Under the pieces are notes generated by a model, which did no database searches, was not told where the DNA came from, and worked only from the letters and a program-made list of their open reading frames with translations. The translations under genes were made by a program, and so were the position numbers. Positions 42,101 through 54,100 of a DNA stretch of 64,000 nt are shown here, one piece after another. Origin of the DNA: Neocallimastix sp. 'constans' (lineage: Eukaryota); the NCBI GenBank assembly GCA_050613775.1, contig JBODTK010000016.1, positions 1,178,001 through 1,242,000 on the forward strand. Direction: 5' to 3'. Numbering within the stretch: the first letter of the stretch is position 1; each line of letters opens with the position of its first letter.

Positions 42101-45100
42101 AAGAAACCAGGCTTCTTAGATAAACTTGCTCAAAAGATTACAGATTTAGTTGAACCAAAGGATGAAGTTGAAGAAAAGCCAATTGAAGAAAAACCAGTTG
42201 AAGAAGTTTCCTCAGAACAAAAGGAAGAAGTTATTGAAGAACAACTAATTGAAGAACAACCAATTGAAGAACAACCAATTGAAGAACAACCAATTGAAGA
42301 ACAACCAATTGAAGAACAACCAATTGAAGAACAACCAATTGAAGAACAACCAATTGAAGAACAACCAATTGAAGAACAACCAATTGAAGAACAACCAATT
42401 GAAGAACAACCAATTGAAGAAAAACCAATTGAAGAACAACCAATTGAAGAACAACCAGTCACCTTAGAAGATAAACCAGTTGAAGAACCAGTTAGTGAAG
42501 TTAAGGAAGAATTTGTTGAAGTTCCTTCTTCTGAACCAGGAAAGAAGAAGTTTATCAAGAGAATTATAAGATACATAACCAGAATCAATCCAAACACTGG
42601 TAGAAAGGAAGTTGTTGAAGAACCAGTTGAAGAAATTCCAATTGAAGAAGTTTCTTCTGAACCAAAAGAAAAAGTAGTTCTTGAAGGCAAGCCAACTGAA
42701 GAAGAACCAGTTGAAGAACAACCAGTTGTTGAACAGATTACTGAAGTTGTTGAAGAGCAATTAATTGAAGAAAAACCAACTGAAGAACAACCAATTGAAG
42801 AACAACCAATTGAAGAACAACCAGTCACCTTAAAAGATAAACCAGTTGAAGAACCGGTTGGTGAAGTTAAGGAAGAAGTTGTTGAAGTTCCTTCTTCTGA
42901 ACCAGGTAAAAAGAAGTTTATCAAGAGAATTATTAAGTACATTACAAGAATTAACCCAACTACTGGTGAGAAGGAAGTTGTTGAAGAACAACCAATTGAA
43001 GAACCAGTTAGTGAAGTTAAGGAAGAAATTGTTGAAGTTCCTTCTTCTGAACCAGGTAAGAAGAAGTTTATCAAGAGAATTATAAGATACATTACCATAA
43101 TCAATCCAAACACTGGTGAAAAGGAAATTGTTGAAGAACCAGTTGAAGAAGTTCCAGTTGAAGAAGTTTCTTCTGAACCAAAGGAAGAAGTAGTTCTTGA
43201 AGACAAGCCAACTGAAGAAGAACCAGTTGAAGAACAACCAGTTGTTGAACAGGTTACTGAAGTTGTTGAAGAGCAATTAATTGAAGAAAAACCAACTGAA
43301 GAAAAACCAGTCGAAAGTGAAAAGAAACCAGGCTTCTTAGATAAACTTGCACAAAAGATTACAGATTTAGTTGAACCAAAGGATGAAGTTGAAGAAAAGC
43401 CAATTGAAGAAAAACCAATTGAAGAAGTTTCTTCAGAACAAAAGGAAGAAGTTATTGAAAAACAACCAATTGAAGAACAACCAATTGAAGAACAACTAAT
43501 TGAAGAACAACCAATTGAAGAACAACCAGTCACCTTAGAAGATAAACAAGTTGAAGAACCAGTTAGTGAAGTTAAAGAAGAAGTTGTTGAAGTTCCTTCT
43601 TCTGAATCAGGAAAGAAAAAGTTTATCAAGAGAATTATAAGATACATTACCAGAATCAATCCAAACACTGGTAGAAAAGAAATTGTTGAAGAACCAGTTG
43701 AAGAAATTCCAATTGAAGAAGTTTCTTCTGAACCAAAAGAAGAAGTAGTTCTTGAAGACAAGCCCACTGAAGAAGAACCAGTTGAAGAACAACCAGTTGT
43801 TGAACAGGTTATTGAAGTTGTTGAAGAGCAATCAATTGAAGAAAAACCAACTGAAGAAAAACCAGTCGAAAGTAAAAAGAAACCAGGCTTATTAGATAAA
43901 CTTGCTCAAAAGATTACAGATTTAGTTGAACCAAAGGATGAAGTTGAAGAAAAGCCAATTGAAGAAAAACCAGTTGAAGAAGTTTCTTCAGAACAAAAGG
44001 AAGAAGTTATTGAAGAAGAACCAATTGAAGAACAATCAATTGAAGAACAACCAATTGAAGAACAACCAATTGAAGAACAACCAATTGAAGAACAACCAAT
44101 TGAAGAACAACCAATTGAAGAACAACCAATTGAAGAACAACCAATTGAAGAAAAATCAATTGAAGAAAAATCAATTGAAGAACAACCAATTGAAGAACAA
44201 CCAGTCACCTTAGAAGATAAACCAGTTGAAGAACCAGTTAGTGAAGTTAAGGAAGAATTTGTTGAAGTTCCTTCTTCTGAACCAGGAAAGAAGAAGTTTA
44301 TCAAGAGAATTATAAGATACATAACCAGAATCAATCCAAACACTGGTAGAAAGGAAGTTGTTGAAGAACCAGTTGAAGAAATTCCAATTGAAGAAGTTTC
44401 TTCTGAACCAAAAGAAAAAGTAGTTCTTGAAGGCAAGCCAACTGAAGAAGAACCAGTTGAAGAACAACCAGTTGTTGAACAGATTACTGAAGTTGTTGAA
44501 GAGCAATTAATTGAAGAAAAACCAACTGAAGAACAACCAATTGAAGAACAACCAATTGAAGAACAACCAGTCACCTTAAAAGATAAACCAGTTGAAGAAC
44601 CGGTTGGTGAAGTTAAGGAAGAAGTTGTTGAAGTTCCTTCTTCTGAACCAGGTAAAAAGAAGTTTATCAAGAGAATTATTAAGTACATTACAAGAATTAA
44701 CCCAACTACTGGTGAGAAGGAAGTTGTTGAAGAACAACCAATTGAAGAACCAGTTAATGAAGTTAAGGAAGAAATTGTTGAAGTTCCTTCTTCTGAACCA
44801 GATAAGAAGAAGTTTATCAAGAGAATTATAAGATACATTACCATAATCAATCCAAACACTGGTGAAAAGGAAATTGTTGAAGAACCAGTTGAAGAAATTC
44901 CAATTGAAGAAGTTTCTTCTGAACCAAAAGAAGAAGTAGTTCTTGAAGACAAGCCAACTGAAGAAGAACCAGTTGAAGAACAACCAGTTGTTGAACAGGT
45001 TACTGAAGTTGTTGAAGAGCAATCAATTGAAGAAAAACCAACTGAAGAAAAACCAGTCGAAAGTGAAAAGAAACCAGGCTTCTTAGATAAACTTGCTCAA

Positions 45101-48100
45101 AAGATTACAGATTTAGTTGAACCAAAGGATGAAGTTGAAGAAAAGCCAACTGAGGAAAAACCAAATGAAGAAAAACCAATTGAAGAAAAACCAGTTGAAG
45201 AAGTTACTTCTGAACAAAAGGAAGAAGTTGTTGAAGAACAACCAATTGAAGAACAACCAATTGAAGAACAACCAATTGAAGAACAACCAATTGAAGAACA
45301 ACCAATTGAAGAACAACCAATTGAAGAACAACCAATTGAAGAACAACCATATGAAGAACAACCAATTGAAGAACAACCAATTGAAGAAAAACCAATTGAA
45401 GAACAACCAATTGAAGAACAACCAGTCACCTTAGAAGATAAACCAGTTGAAGAACCAGTTAGTGAAGTTAAGGAAGAATTTGTTGAAGTTCCTTCTTCTG
45501 AATCAGATAAGAAGAAGTTTATCAAGAGAATTATAAGATACATTACCATAATCAATCCAAACACTGGTGAAAAGGAAATTGTTGAAGAACCAGTTGAAGA
45601 AGTTCCAATTGAAGAAGTTTCTTCTGAACCAAAAGAAGAAGTAGTTCTTGAAGACAAGCCAACTGAAGAAGAACCAGTTGAAGAACAACCAGTTGTTGAA
45701 CAGGTTACTGAAGTTGTTGAAGAGCAATCAATTGAGGAAAAACCAACTGAAGAAAAACCAGTCGAAAGTGAAAAGAAACCAGGCTTCTTAGATAAACTTG
45801 CTCAAAAGATTACAGATTTAGTTGAACCAAAGGATGAAGTTGAAGAAAAGCCAACTGAGGAAAAACCAAATGAAGAAAAACCAATTGAAGAAAAACCAGT
45901 TGAAGAAGTTACTTCTGAACAAAAGGAAGAAGTTGTTAAAGAACAACCAATTGAAGAACAACCAATTGAAGAACAACCAATTGAAGAACAACCAATTGAA
46001 GAACAACCGGTCACCTTAGAAGATAAACCAGTTGAAGAACTAGTTAGTGAAGTTAAGGAAGAAGTTGTTGAAGTTCCTTCTTCTGAACCAGGTAAAAAGA
46101 AGTTTATCAAGAGAATTATAAGATACATTACCATAATCAATCCAAACACTGGTGAAAAGGAAATTGTTGAAGAACCAGTTGAAGAAGTTCCAATTGAAGA
46201 AGTTTCTTCTGAACCAAAAGAAGAAGTAGTTCTTGAAGACAAGCCAACTGAAGAAGAACCAGTTGAAGAACAACCAGTTGTTGAACAGGTTACTGAAGTT
46301 GTTGAAGAGCAATCAATTGAAGAAAAACCAACTGAAGAAAAACCAGTCGAAAGTGAAAAGAAACCGGGCTTCTTAGATAAACTTGCTCAAAAGATTACAG
46401 ATTTAGTTGAACCAAAGGATGAAGTTGAAGAAAAGCCAACTGAGGAAAAACCAAATGAAGAAAAACCAATTGAAGAAAAACCAGTTGAAGAAGTTACTTC
46501 TGAACAAAAGGAAGAAGTTGTTGAAGAACAACCAATTGAAGAACAACCAATTGAAGAACAACCAATTGAAGAACAACCAATTGAAGAACAACCAATTGAA
46601 GAACAACCAATTGAAGAACAACCAATTGAAGAACAACCAATTGAAGAACAAACAATTGAAGAACAACCAATTGAAGAACAACCGGTCACCTTAGAAGATA
46701 AACCAGTTGAAGAACTAGTTAGTGAAGTTAAGGAAGAAGTTGTTGAAGTTCCTTCTTCTGAAACAGGAAAGAAGAAGTTTATCAAGAGAATTATTAAGTA
46801 CATTACAAGAATTAACCCAACTACTGGTGAAAAGGAAATTGTTGAAGAACAACAAATTGAAGAACCAGTTAGTGAAGTTAAGGAAGAAGTTGTTGAAGTT
46901 CCTTCTTCTGAACCAGGTAAGAAGAAGTTTATCAAGAGAATAATAAGATACATTACCATAATCAATCCAACCACTGGTGAAAAGGAAGTTGTTGAAGAAC
47001 CAGTTGAAGAAGTTCCAATTGAAGAAGTTTCTTCTGAACCAAAAGAAGAAGTAGTTCTTGAAGACAAGCCAATTGAAGAAGAACAAATTGAAGAACAACC
47101 AATTGTTGAACAGGTTACTGAAGTTGTTGAAGAGCAATCAATTGAAGAAAAACAAACTAAAGAAAAACCAGTCGAAAGTAAAAAGAAACCAGGCTTCTTA
47201 GATAAACTTGCTCAAAAGATTACAGATTTAGTTGAACCAAAGGATGAAGTTGAAGAAAAGCCAATTGAAGAAAAACCAATTGAAGAAGTTTCTTCAGAAC
47301 AAAAGGAAGAAGTTGTTGAAGAACAACCAATTGAAGAACAACCAGTCACCTTAGAAGATAAACCAGTTGAAGAACCAGTTAGTGAAGTTAAAGAAGAAGT
47401 TGTTGAAGTTCCTTCTTCTGAACCAGGAAAGAAAAAGTTTATCAAGAGAATTATAAGATACATTAACCGAATCAATCCAAACACTGGTAGAAAAGAAATT
47501 GTTGAAGAACCAGTTGAAGAAATTCCAATTGAAGAAGTTTCTTCTGAACCAAAAGAAGAAGTAGTTCTTGAAGACAAGCCCACTGAAGAAGAACCAGTTG
47601 AAGAACAACCAGTTGTTGAACAGGTTATTGAAGTTGTTGAAGAGCAATCAATTGAAGAAAAACCAACTGAAGAAAAACCAGTCGAAAGTAAAAAGAAACC
47701 AGGCTTATTAGATAAACTTGCTCAAAAGATTACAGATTTAGTTGAACCAAAGGATGAAGTTGAAGAAAAGCCAATTGAAGAAAAACCAGTTGAAGAAGTT
47801 TCTTCAGAACAAAAGGAAGAAGTTGTTGAAGAACAACCAATTGAAGAACAACCAATTGAAGAACAACCAATTGAAGAACAACCAATTGAAGAACAACCAA
47901 TTGAAGAACAACCGGTCACCTTAGAAGATAAACCAGTTGAAGAACCAGTTAGTGAAGTTAAAGAAGAAGTAATTGAAGTTCCTTCTTCTGAACCAGGAAA
48001 GAAGAAGTTTATCAAGAGAATTATTAAGTACATTACAAGAATTAACCCAACTACTGGTGAAAAGGAAATTGTTGAAGAACAACAAATTGAAGAACCAGTT

Positions 48101-51100
48101 AGTGAAGTTAAGGAAGAAGTTGTTGAAGTTCCTTCTTCTGAACCAGGTAAGAAGAAGTTTATCAAGAGAATAATAAGATACATTACCAGAATCAATCCAA
48201 ACACTAGTAGAAAGGAAGTTGTTGAAGAACCAGTTGAAGAAGTTCCAGTTGAAGAAGTTTTTTCTGAACCAAAAGAAGAAGTAATTTTTGAAGACAAGCC
48301 AACTGAAGAAGAACTAGTTGAAGAACAACCAGTTGTTGAAAATGTTACTGAAGTTGTTGAAGAAAAACCAATAGAAGAAAAGCCAAATGAAGAATCAGTT
48401 AGTGAAGTTAAGGAAGAAATAGTTGAAGTTCCTTCTTCTGAACCAGATAAAAAGAAGTTTATCAAGAGAGTTATCAGATACATTACCAGAATTAACCCAA
48501 CTACTGGTGAAAAGGAAGTTGTTGAAGAACAACCAATTGAAGAACCAGTTAATGAGGTTAAGGAAGAAGTTATTGAAGTTCCTTCTTCTGAACCAGGTAA
48601 AAAGAAGTTTGTCAAGAGAATTATAAGATACATTACCATAATCAATCCAACCACTGGTCGAAAGGAAGTTGTTGAAGAACCAGTTGAAGAAGTTCCAGTT
48701 GAAGAAGTTTCTTCTGAACCAAAAAAAGAAGTAATTCTTGAAGAAAAGCCAACAGAAGAACAAACAAATGAAGAACAACCAGTTGAAGAACAATCAGTTG
48801 AAGAAAAACCAATTGAAGAACAACCTGTTGAAGAACAACCAATTGAAGAACCACTTAGTGAAGTTAAAGAAGAAATTGTTGAAGTTCCTTCTTTAGAACC
48901 AGGAAAAAGAAAGTACTTAAAAAGAATTGTTAAATATATTAAGAAAATAAATCCAAGTACTGGTAAGAAGGAAATCATTGCTGAACAAATTATAAACGAA
49001 GAACCTGTTGAAAATATTTCTACTGAACCAAAAGGAGAAGAAGTTCTTGAAGATAAGCCAACCGAAGAACAACCAATTGAAGTACAACCAGTTGAAGAAC
49101 AATCAATTGAAGAAAAACCAATTGAAGAACAACCTGTTGAAGAACAACCAATTGAAGAACCACTTAGTGAAGTTAAAGAAGAAATTATTGAAGTTCCTTC
49201 TGGAGAACCAGGAAAAAGAAAGTACTTAAAAAGAATTGTTAAATATATTAAGAAAATAAATCCAAGTACTGGTGAGAAGGAAATCATTGCTGAACAAATT
49301 GTAAACGAAGAACCAGTTGAAAACATTTCTACTGAACCAAAAGGAGAAGAAGTTCTTGAAGATAAGCCAACCGAAGAACAATCAATTGAAGTACAACCAG
49401 TTGAAGAACAATCAGTTGAAGAAAAACCAATTGAAGAACAACCGGTTGAAGAACAACCAATTGAAAAACAACCCGTTGAAGAACAACCAATTGAAGAACC
49501 ATTTAGTGAAGTTAAAGAAGAAATTGTTGAAGTTCCTTCTGGAGAACCAGGAAAAAGAAAGTACTTAAAAAGAATTGTTAAATATATTAAGAAAATAAAT
49601 CCAAGTACTGGTGAGAAGGAAATCATTGCTGAACAAATTATAAACGAAGAACCTGTTGAAAATATTTCTACTGAACCAAAAGGAGAAGAAGTTCTTGAAG
49701 ATAAGCCAACCGAAGAACAACCAATTGAAGTACAACCAGTTAAAGAACAATCAGTTGAAGAAAAACCAATTGAAGAACAACCTGTTGAAGAACAACCAAT
49801 TGAAGAACCACTTAGTGAAGTTAAAGAAGAAATTGTTGAAGTTCCTTATGGAGAACCAGGAAAAAGAAAGTACTTAAAAAGAATTGTTAAATATATTAAG
49901 AAAATAAATCCAAGTACTGGTGAGAAGGAAATCATTGCTGAACAAATTATAAACGAAGAACCAGTTGAAAACATTTCTACTGAACCAAAAGGAGAAGAAG
50001 TTCTTGAAGATAAGCCAACCGAAGAACAACCAATTGAAGTACAACCAGTTGAAGAACAATCAGTTGAAGAAAAACCAATTGAAGAACAACCGGTTGAAGA
50101 ACAACCAATTGAAAAACAACCCGTTGAAGAACAACCAATTGAAGAACCACTTAGTGAAATTAAAGAAGAAATTGTTGAAATTCCTTCTGGAGAACCAGGA
50201 AAAAGAAAGTACTTAAAAAGAATTGTTAAATATATTAAAAAAATAAATCCAAGTACTGGTGAGAAGGAAATCATTGCTGAACAAATTGTAAACGAAGAAC
50301 CAGTTGAAAATATTTCTACTGAACCAAAAGGAGAAGAAGTTCTTGAAGATAAGCCAACCGAAGAACAACCAATTGAAGTACAACCAGTTGAAGAACAATC
50401 AGTTGAAGAAAAACCAATTGAAGAACAACCGGTTGAAGAACAACCAATTGAAAAACAACCAGTTGAAGAACAACCAGTTGAAGAACAACCAATTGAAGAA
50501 CCATTTAGTGAAGTTAAAGAAGAAATTGTTGAAGTTCCTTCTGGAGAACCAGGAAAAAGAAAGTACTTAAAAAGAATTGTTAAATATATTAAGAAAATAA
50601 GTCCAAGTACTGGTGAGAAGGAAATCATTGCTGAACAAATTGTAAACGAAGAACCTGTTGAAAATATTTCTACTGAACCAAAAGGAGAAGAAGTTCTTGA
50701 AGATAAGCCAACCGAAGAACAACCAATTGAAGTACAACCAGTTGAAGAACAATCAGTTGAAGAAAAACCAATTGAAGAACAACCGGTTGAAGAACAACCA
50801 ATTGAAAAACAACCAGTTGAAGAACAACCAATTGAAGAACCACTTAGTGAAATTAAAGAAGAAATTGTTGAAGTTCCTTCTGGAGAACCAGGAAAAAGAA
50901 AGTACTTAAAAAGAATTGTTAAATATATTAAGAAAATAAATCCAAGTACTGGTGAGAAGGAAATCATTGCTGAACAAATTGTTAAAGAAGAACCAGTTGA
51001 AAATGTTTCTATTGAACCAAAAATAGAAGTTCTTGAAGATAAGCCAACTGAAGAACAACCAATTGAAGAACAACCAGTTAAAGAAAAACCAATTGAAGAA

Positions 51101-54100
51101 AAACCAGTTGAAGAACAATCAATTGAAGAACCACTAAGCGAAGTTAAAGAAGAAATTGTTGAAGTTCCTTCTGGAGAACCAGGAAAAAGAAAGTACTTAA
51201 AAAGAATTGTTAAGTATATTAAGAAAATAAATCCAAGTACTGGTGAGAAGGAAATCATTGCTGAACAAATTGTTAAAGAAGAACCAGTTGAAAATGTTTC
51301 TAATGAACCAAAAATAGAAGAAATTCTTGAAGATAAGCCAACTGAAGAACAACCAATTGAAGTACAACCAGTTGAAGAACAATCAGTTGCAGTACAACCA
51401 GTTGAAAAACAACCAGTAGAAAAACAACCAGTTGAAGAACAACAAATTGAAAAACAAACAGTTGAAGAACAAACAGTTGAAGAACAACCAATTGAAGAAC
51501 CATTTAGTGAAGTTAAAGAAGAAATTGTTGAAGTTCCTTCTGGAGAACCAGGAAAAAGAAAGTACTTAAAAAGAATTGTTAAATATATTAAGAAAATAAA
51601 TCCAAGTACTGGTGAGAAGGAAATCATTGCTGAACAAATTGTAAACGAAGAACCTGTTGAAAATATTTCTACTGAACCAAAAGGAGAAGAAGTTCTTGAA
51701 GATAAGCCAACCGAAGAACAACCAATTGAAGTACAACCAGTTGAAGAACAATCAGTTGAAGAAAAACCAATTGAAGAACAACCAATTGAAGAACCACTTA
51801 GTGAAATTAAAGAAGAAATTGTTGAAGTTCCTTCTGGAGAACAAGGAAAAAGAAAATACTTAAAAAGAATTGTTAAATATATTAAGAAAATAAATCCAAG
51901 TACTGGTGAGAAGGAAATCATTGCTGAACAAATTGTTAAAGAAGAACCTGTTGAAAATGTTTCTACTGAACCAAAAGGAGAAGAAGTTCTTGAAGATAAA
52001 CTAATTGAAGAACAATCAATTGAAGTACAACCAGTTGTTGAACCAATTGTTGAACAAGTTACTGAAATTGTTGAAGAAAAACCAATTAAAAAGCAACCAG
52101 TTGACTTAGAGAATAAACCATTTGAAGAACCAGTTAATAATATAAAAGAAGAAATTATTGAGGTTCCTTCCAAAGAACCAGGTAAGAAGAAATTTATTAA
52201 GAGAATCATTAGATACATTACTCGAATTAATCCAATTACTGGTGAAAAGGAGGTTGTTGAAGAACAACCAATTGAAGAACAAGTTAGTGAAGTTAAGGAA
52301 GAAATAATTGAAGTTCCTTCTTCTGAACCTGGTAAGAAGAAGTTTATCAAGAGAATTATTAGATACATTACCAGAATCAATACAACTACTGGTGAAAAGG
52401 AAGTTGTTGAAGAAAAAGTCGAAGAAGTTCCAGTTGAAGAAGTTTCTTCTGAACCAAAAGAAGAAGAAGTACTTGAAAGTAAACCAATTGAAGAACAACT
52501 AGTTGAAAAACAACCAATTGAGGAAAAACCAGTTGAAGAACCGATTAATGAAGTTAAAGAAGAAATTGTTGAAGTTCCTTCTGGAGAACCAGGTAAAAGA
52601 AAGTTCTTAAAAAGAATTGTTAAATATATTAAGAAAATTAATCCAAATACTGGTGAGAAGGAAATCATTGCTGAACAAATTGTTAAAGAAGAACCAGTTG
52701 AAGAACCAATTAAAGAATCAGTTAAAGAACAAGTTAATGAAAATGTTAATGAAGAAAAACCAAATAAAGAATTAATTGAAAAAATAAATACTGAAAAGGT
52801 TGATCAAGTCCCAATTAAAAAGATAATACTTGAACCAAAGAAAGAAATAATTAAAGGAAATAAAATGGTTAATGAAAAAGTAATTGAAACACCAGTTTCT
52901 GAAGTAAGGGAAGAAATCGTTGAAGTTCCTTCTGGGGAACCAGGTAAAAGAAAGTTCTTAAAAAGAATTGTTAAATATATTAAAAAAATTAATCCAAATA
53001 CTGGTGAGAAGGAAATCATTGCTGAACAAATTGTTAAAGAAGAACCAGTTGAAGAACAAGTTAATGAAAATATTACTGAAGTAAAACCAAATGAAGAATT
53101 AATTGAAAAAATAAATACCGAAAAAGTTGAACAAGTTCCAATTAAAAAGATAATTCCTGAACCAAAGAAAGAAATAATTAAAGGAAATAAGATAGTTAAT
53201 GAAAAAGTAATTGAAACACCAGTTTCTGAAGTAAAGGAAGAAATTGTTGAAGTTCCTTCTGGAGAACCAGGTAAAAGAAAGTTCTTAAAAAGAATTGTTA
53301 AATATATTAAGAAAATTAATCCAAATACTGGTGAGAAGGAAATCATTGCTGAACAAATTGTTAAAGAAGAACCAGTTGAAGAACCAATTAAAGAATCAGT
53401 TAAAGAGGAGTATATTGAAATTCCTCATGAAGAAACTGATAAGAAGAAATATGTAAAAAGAACTGTTAAATATGTAAGAAGAATTAATTCAAATAATAAT
53501 GGAAAAGAAAATAAAGTGAAACCTAAAAAATCAGAAGTCATGAAAAATTCAATTACTAATGATGAAATGCAAGTTACAAGAAGAGTTATAACTGAGTATA
53601 TAACTATTGAAGATGAAGAAAATGAACAAGATAAAGTTAAAGATACTGAGTTAGAAACTGAAAATATTGTAACTGAAAATGAAGGAGAAGAAATTTCATA
53701 TGTAACTAAAGCTGTAGTAACCGAACTTGTTGCACTTATTGAAAGTGAAAGTGAAGATGAAGATGAAAATAAAAAGAAATTAAATAAGGTTATTGTAGAA
53801 AATGAAGAAAAAGAAACTATTGAACAAAATAATATAAAGAAAGAAATAATTGAAAAAGAAAAGAGGACTAAAAGGAATAAAGATAAATTATTTAATAATT
53901 TAAAAATAGACTTTACCAAGAGTAAAAAACAATTAAAAGAAAATATTGATATATTAATTGAAAATAAAAATGCTGAGGTCATTAAAAAGGTAGAGGATAT
54001 AGAAAGTGAAGAAGATAAAGAAAAGACTCCTATAAATAGAAGAATTACCAGATATAAAATTAATCCAGTTACCAGAGAAAAAGAAGTAATTAATAGACAT

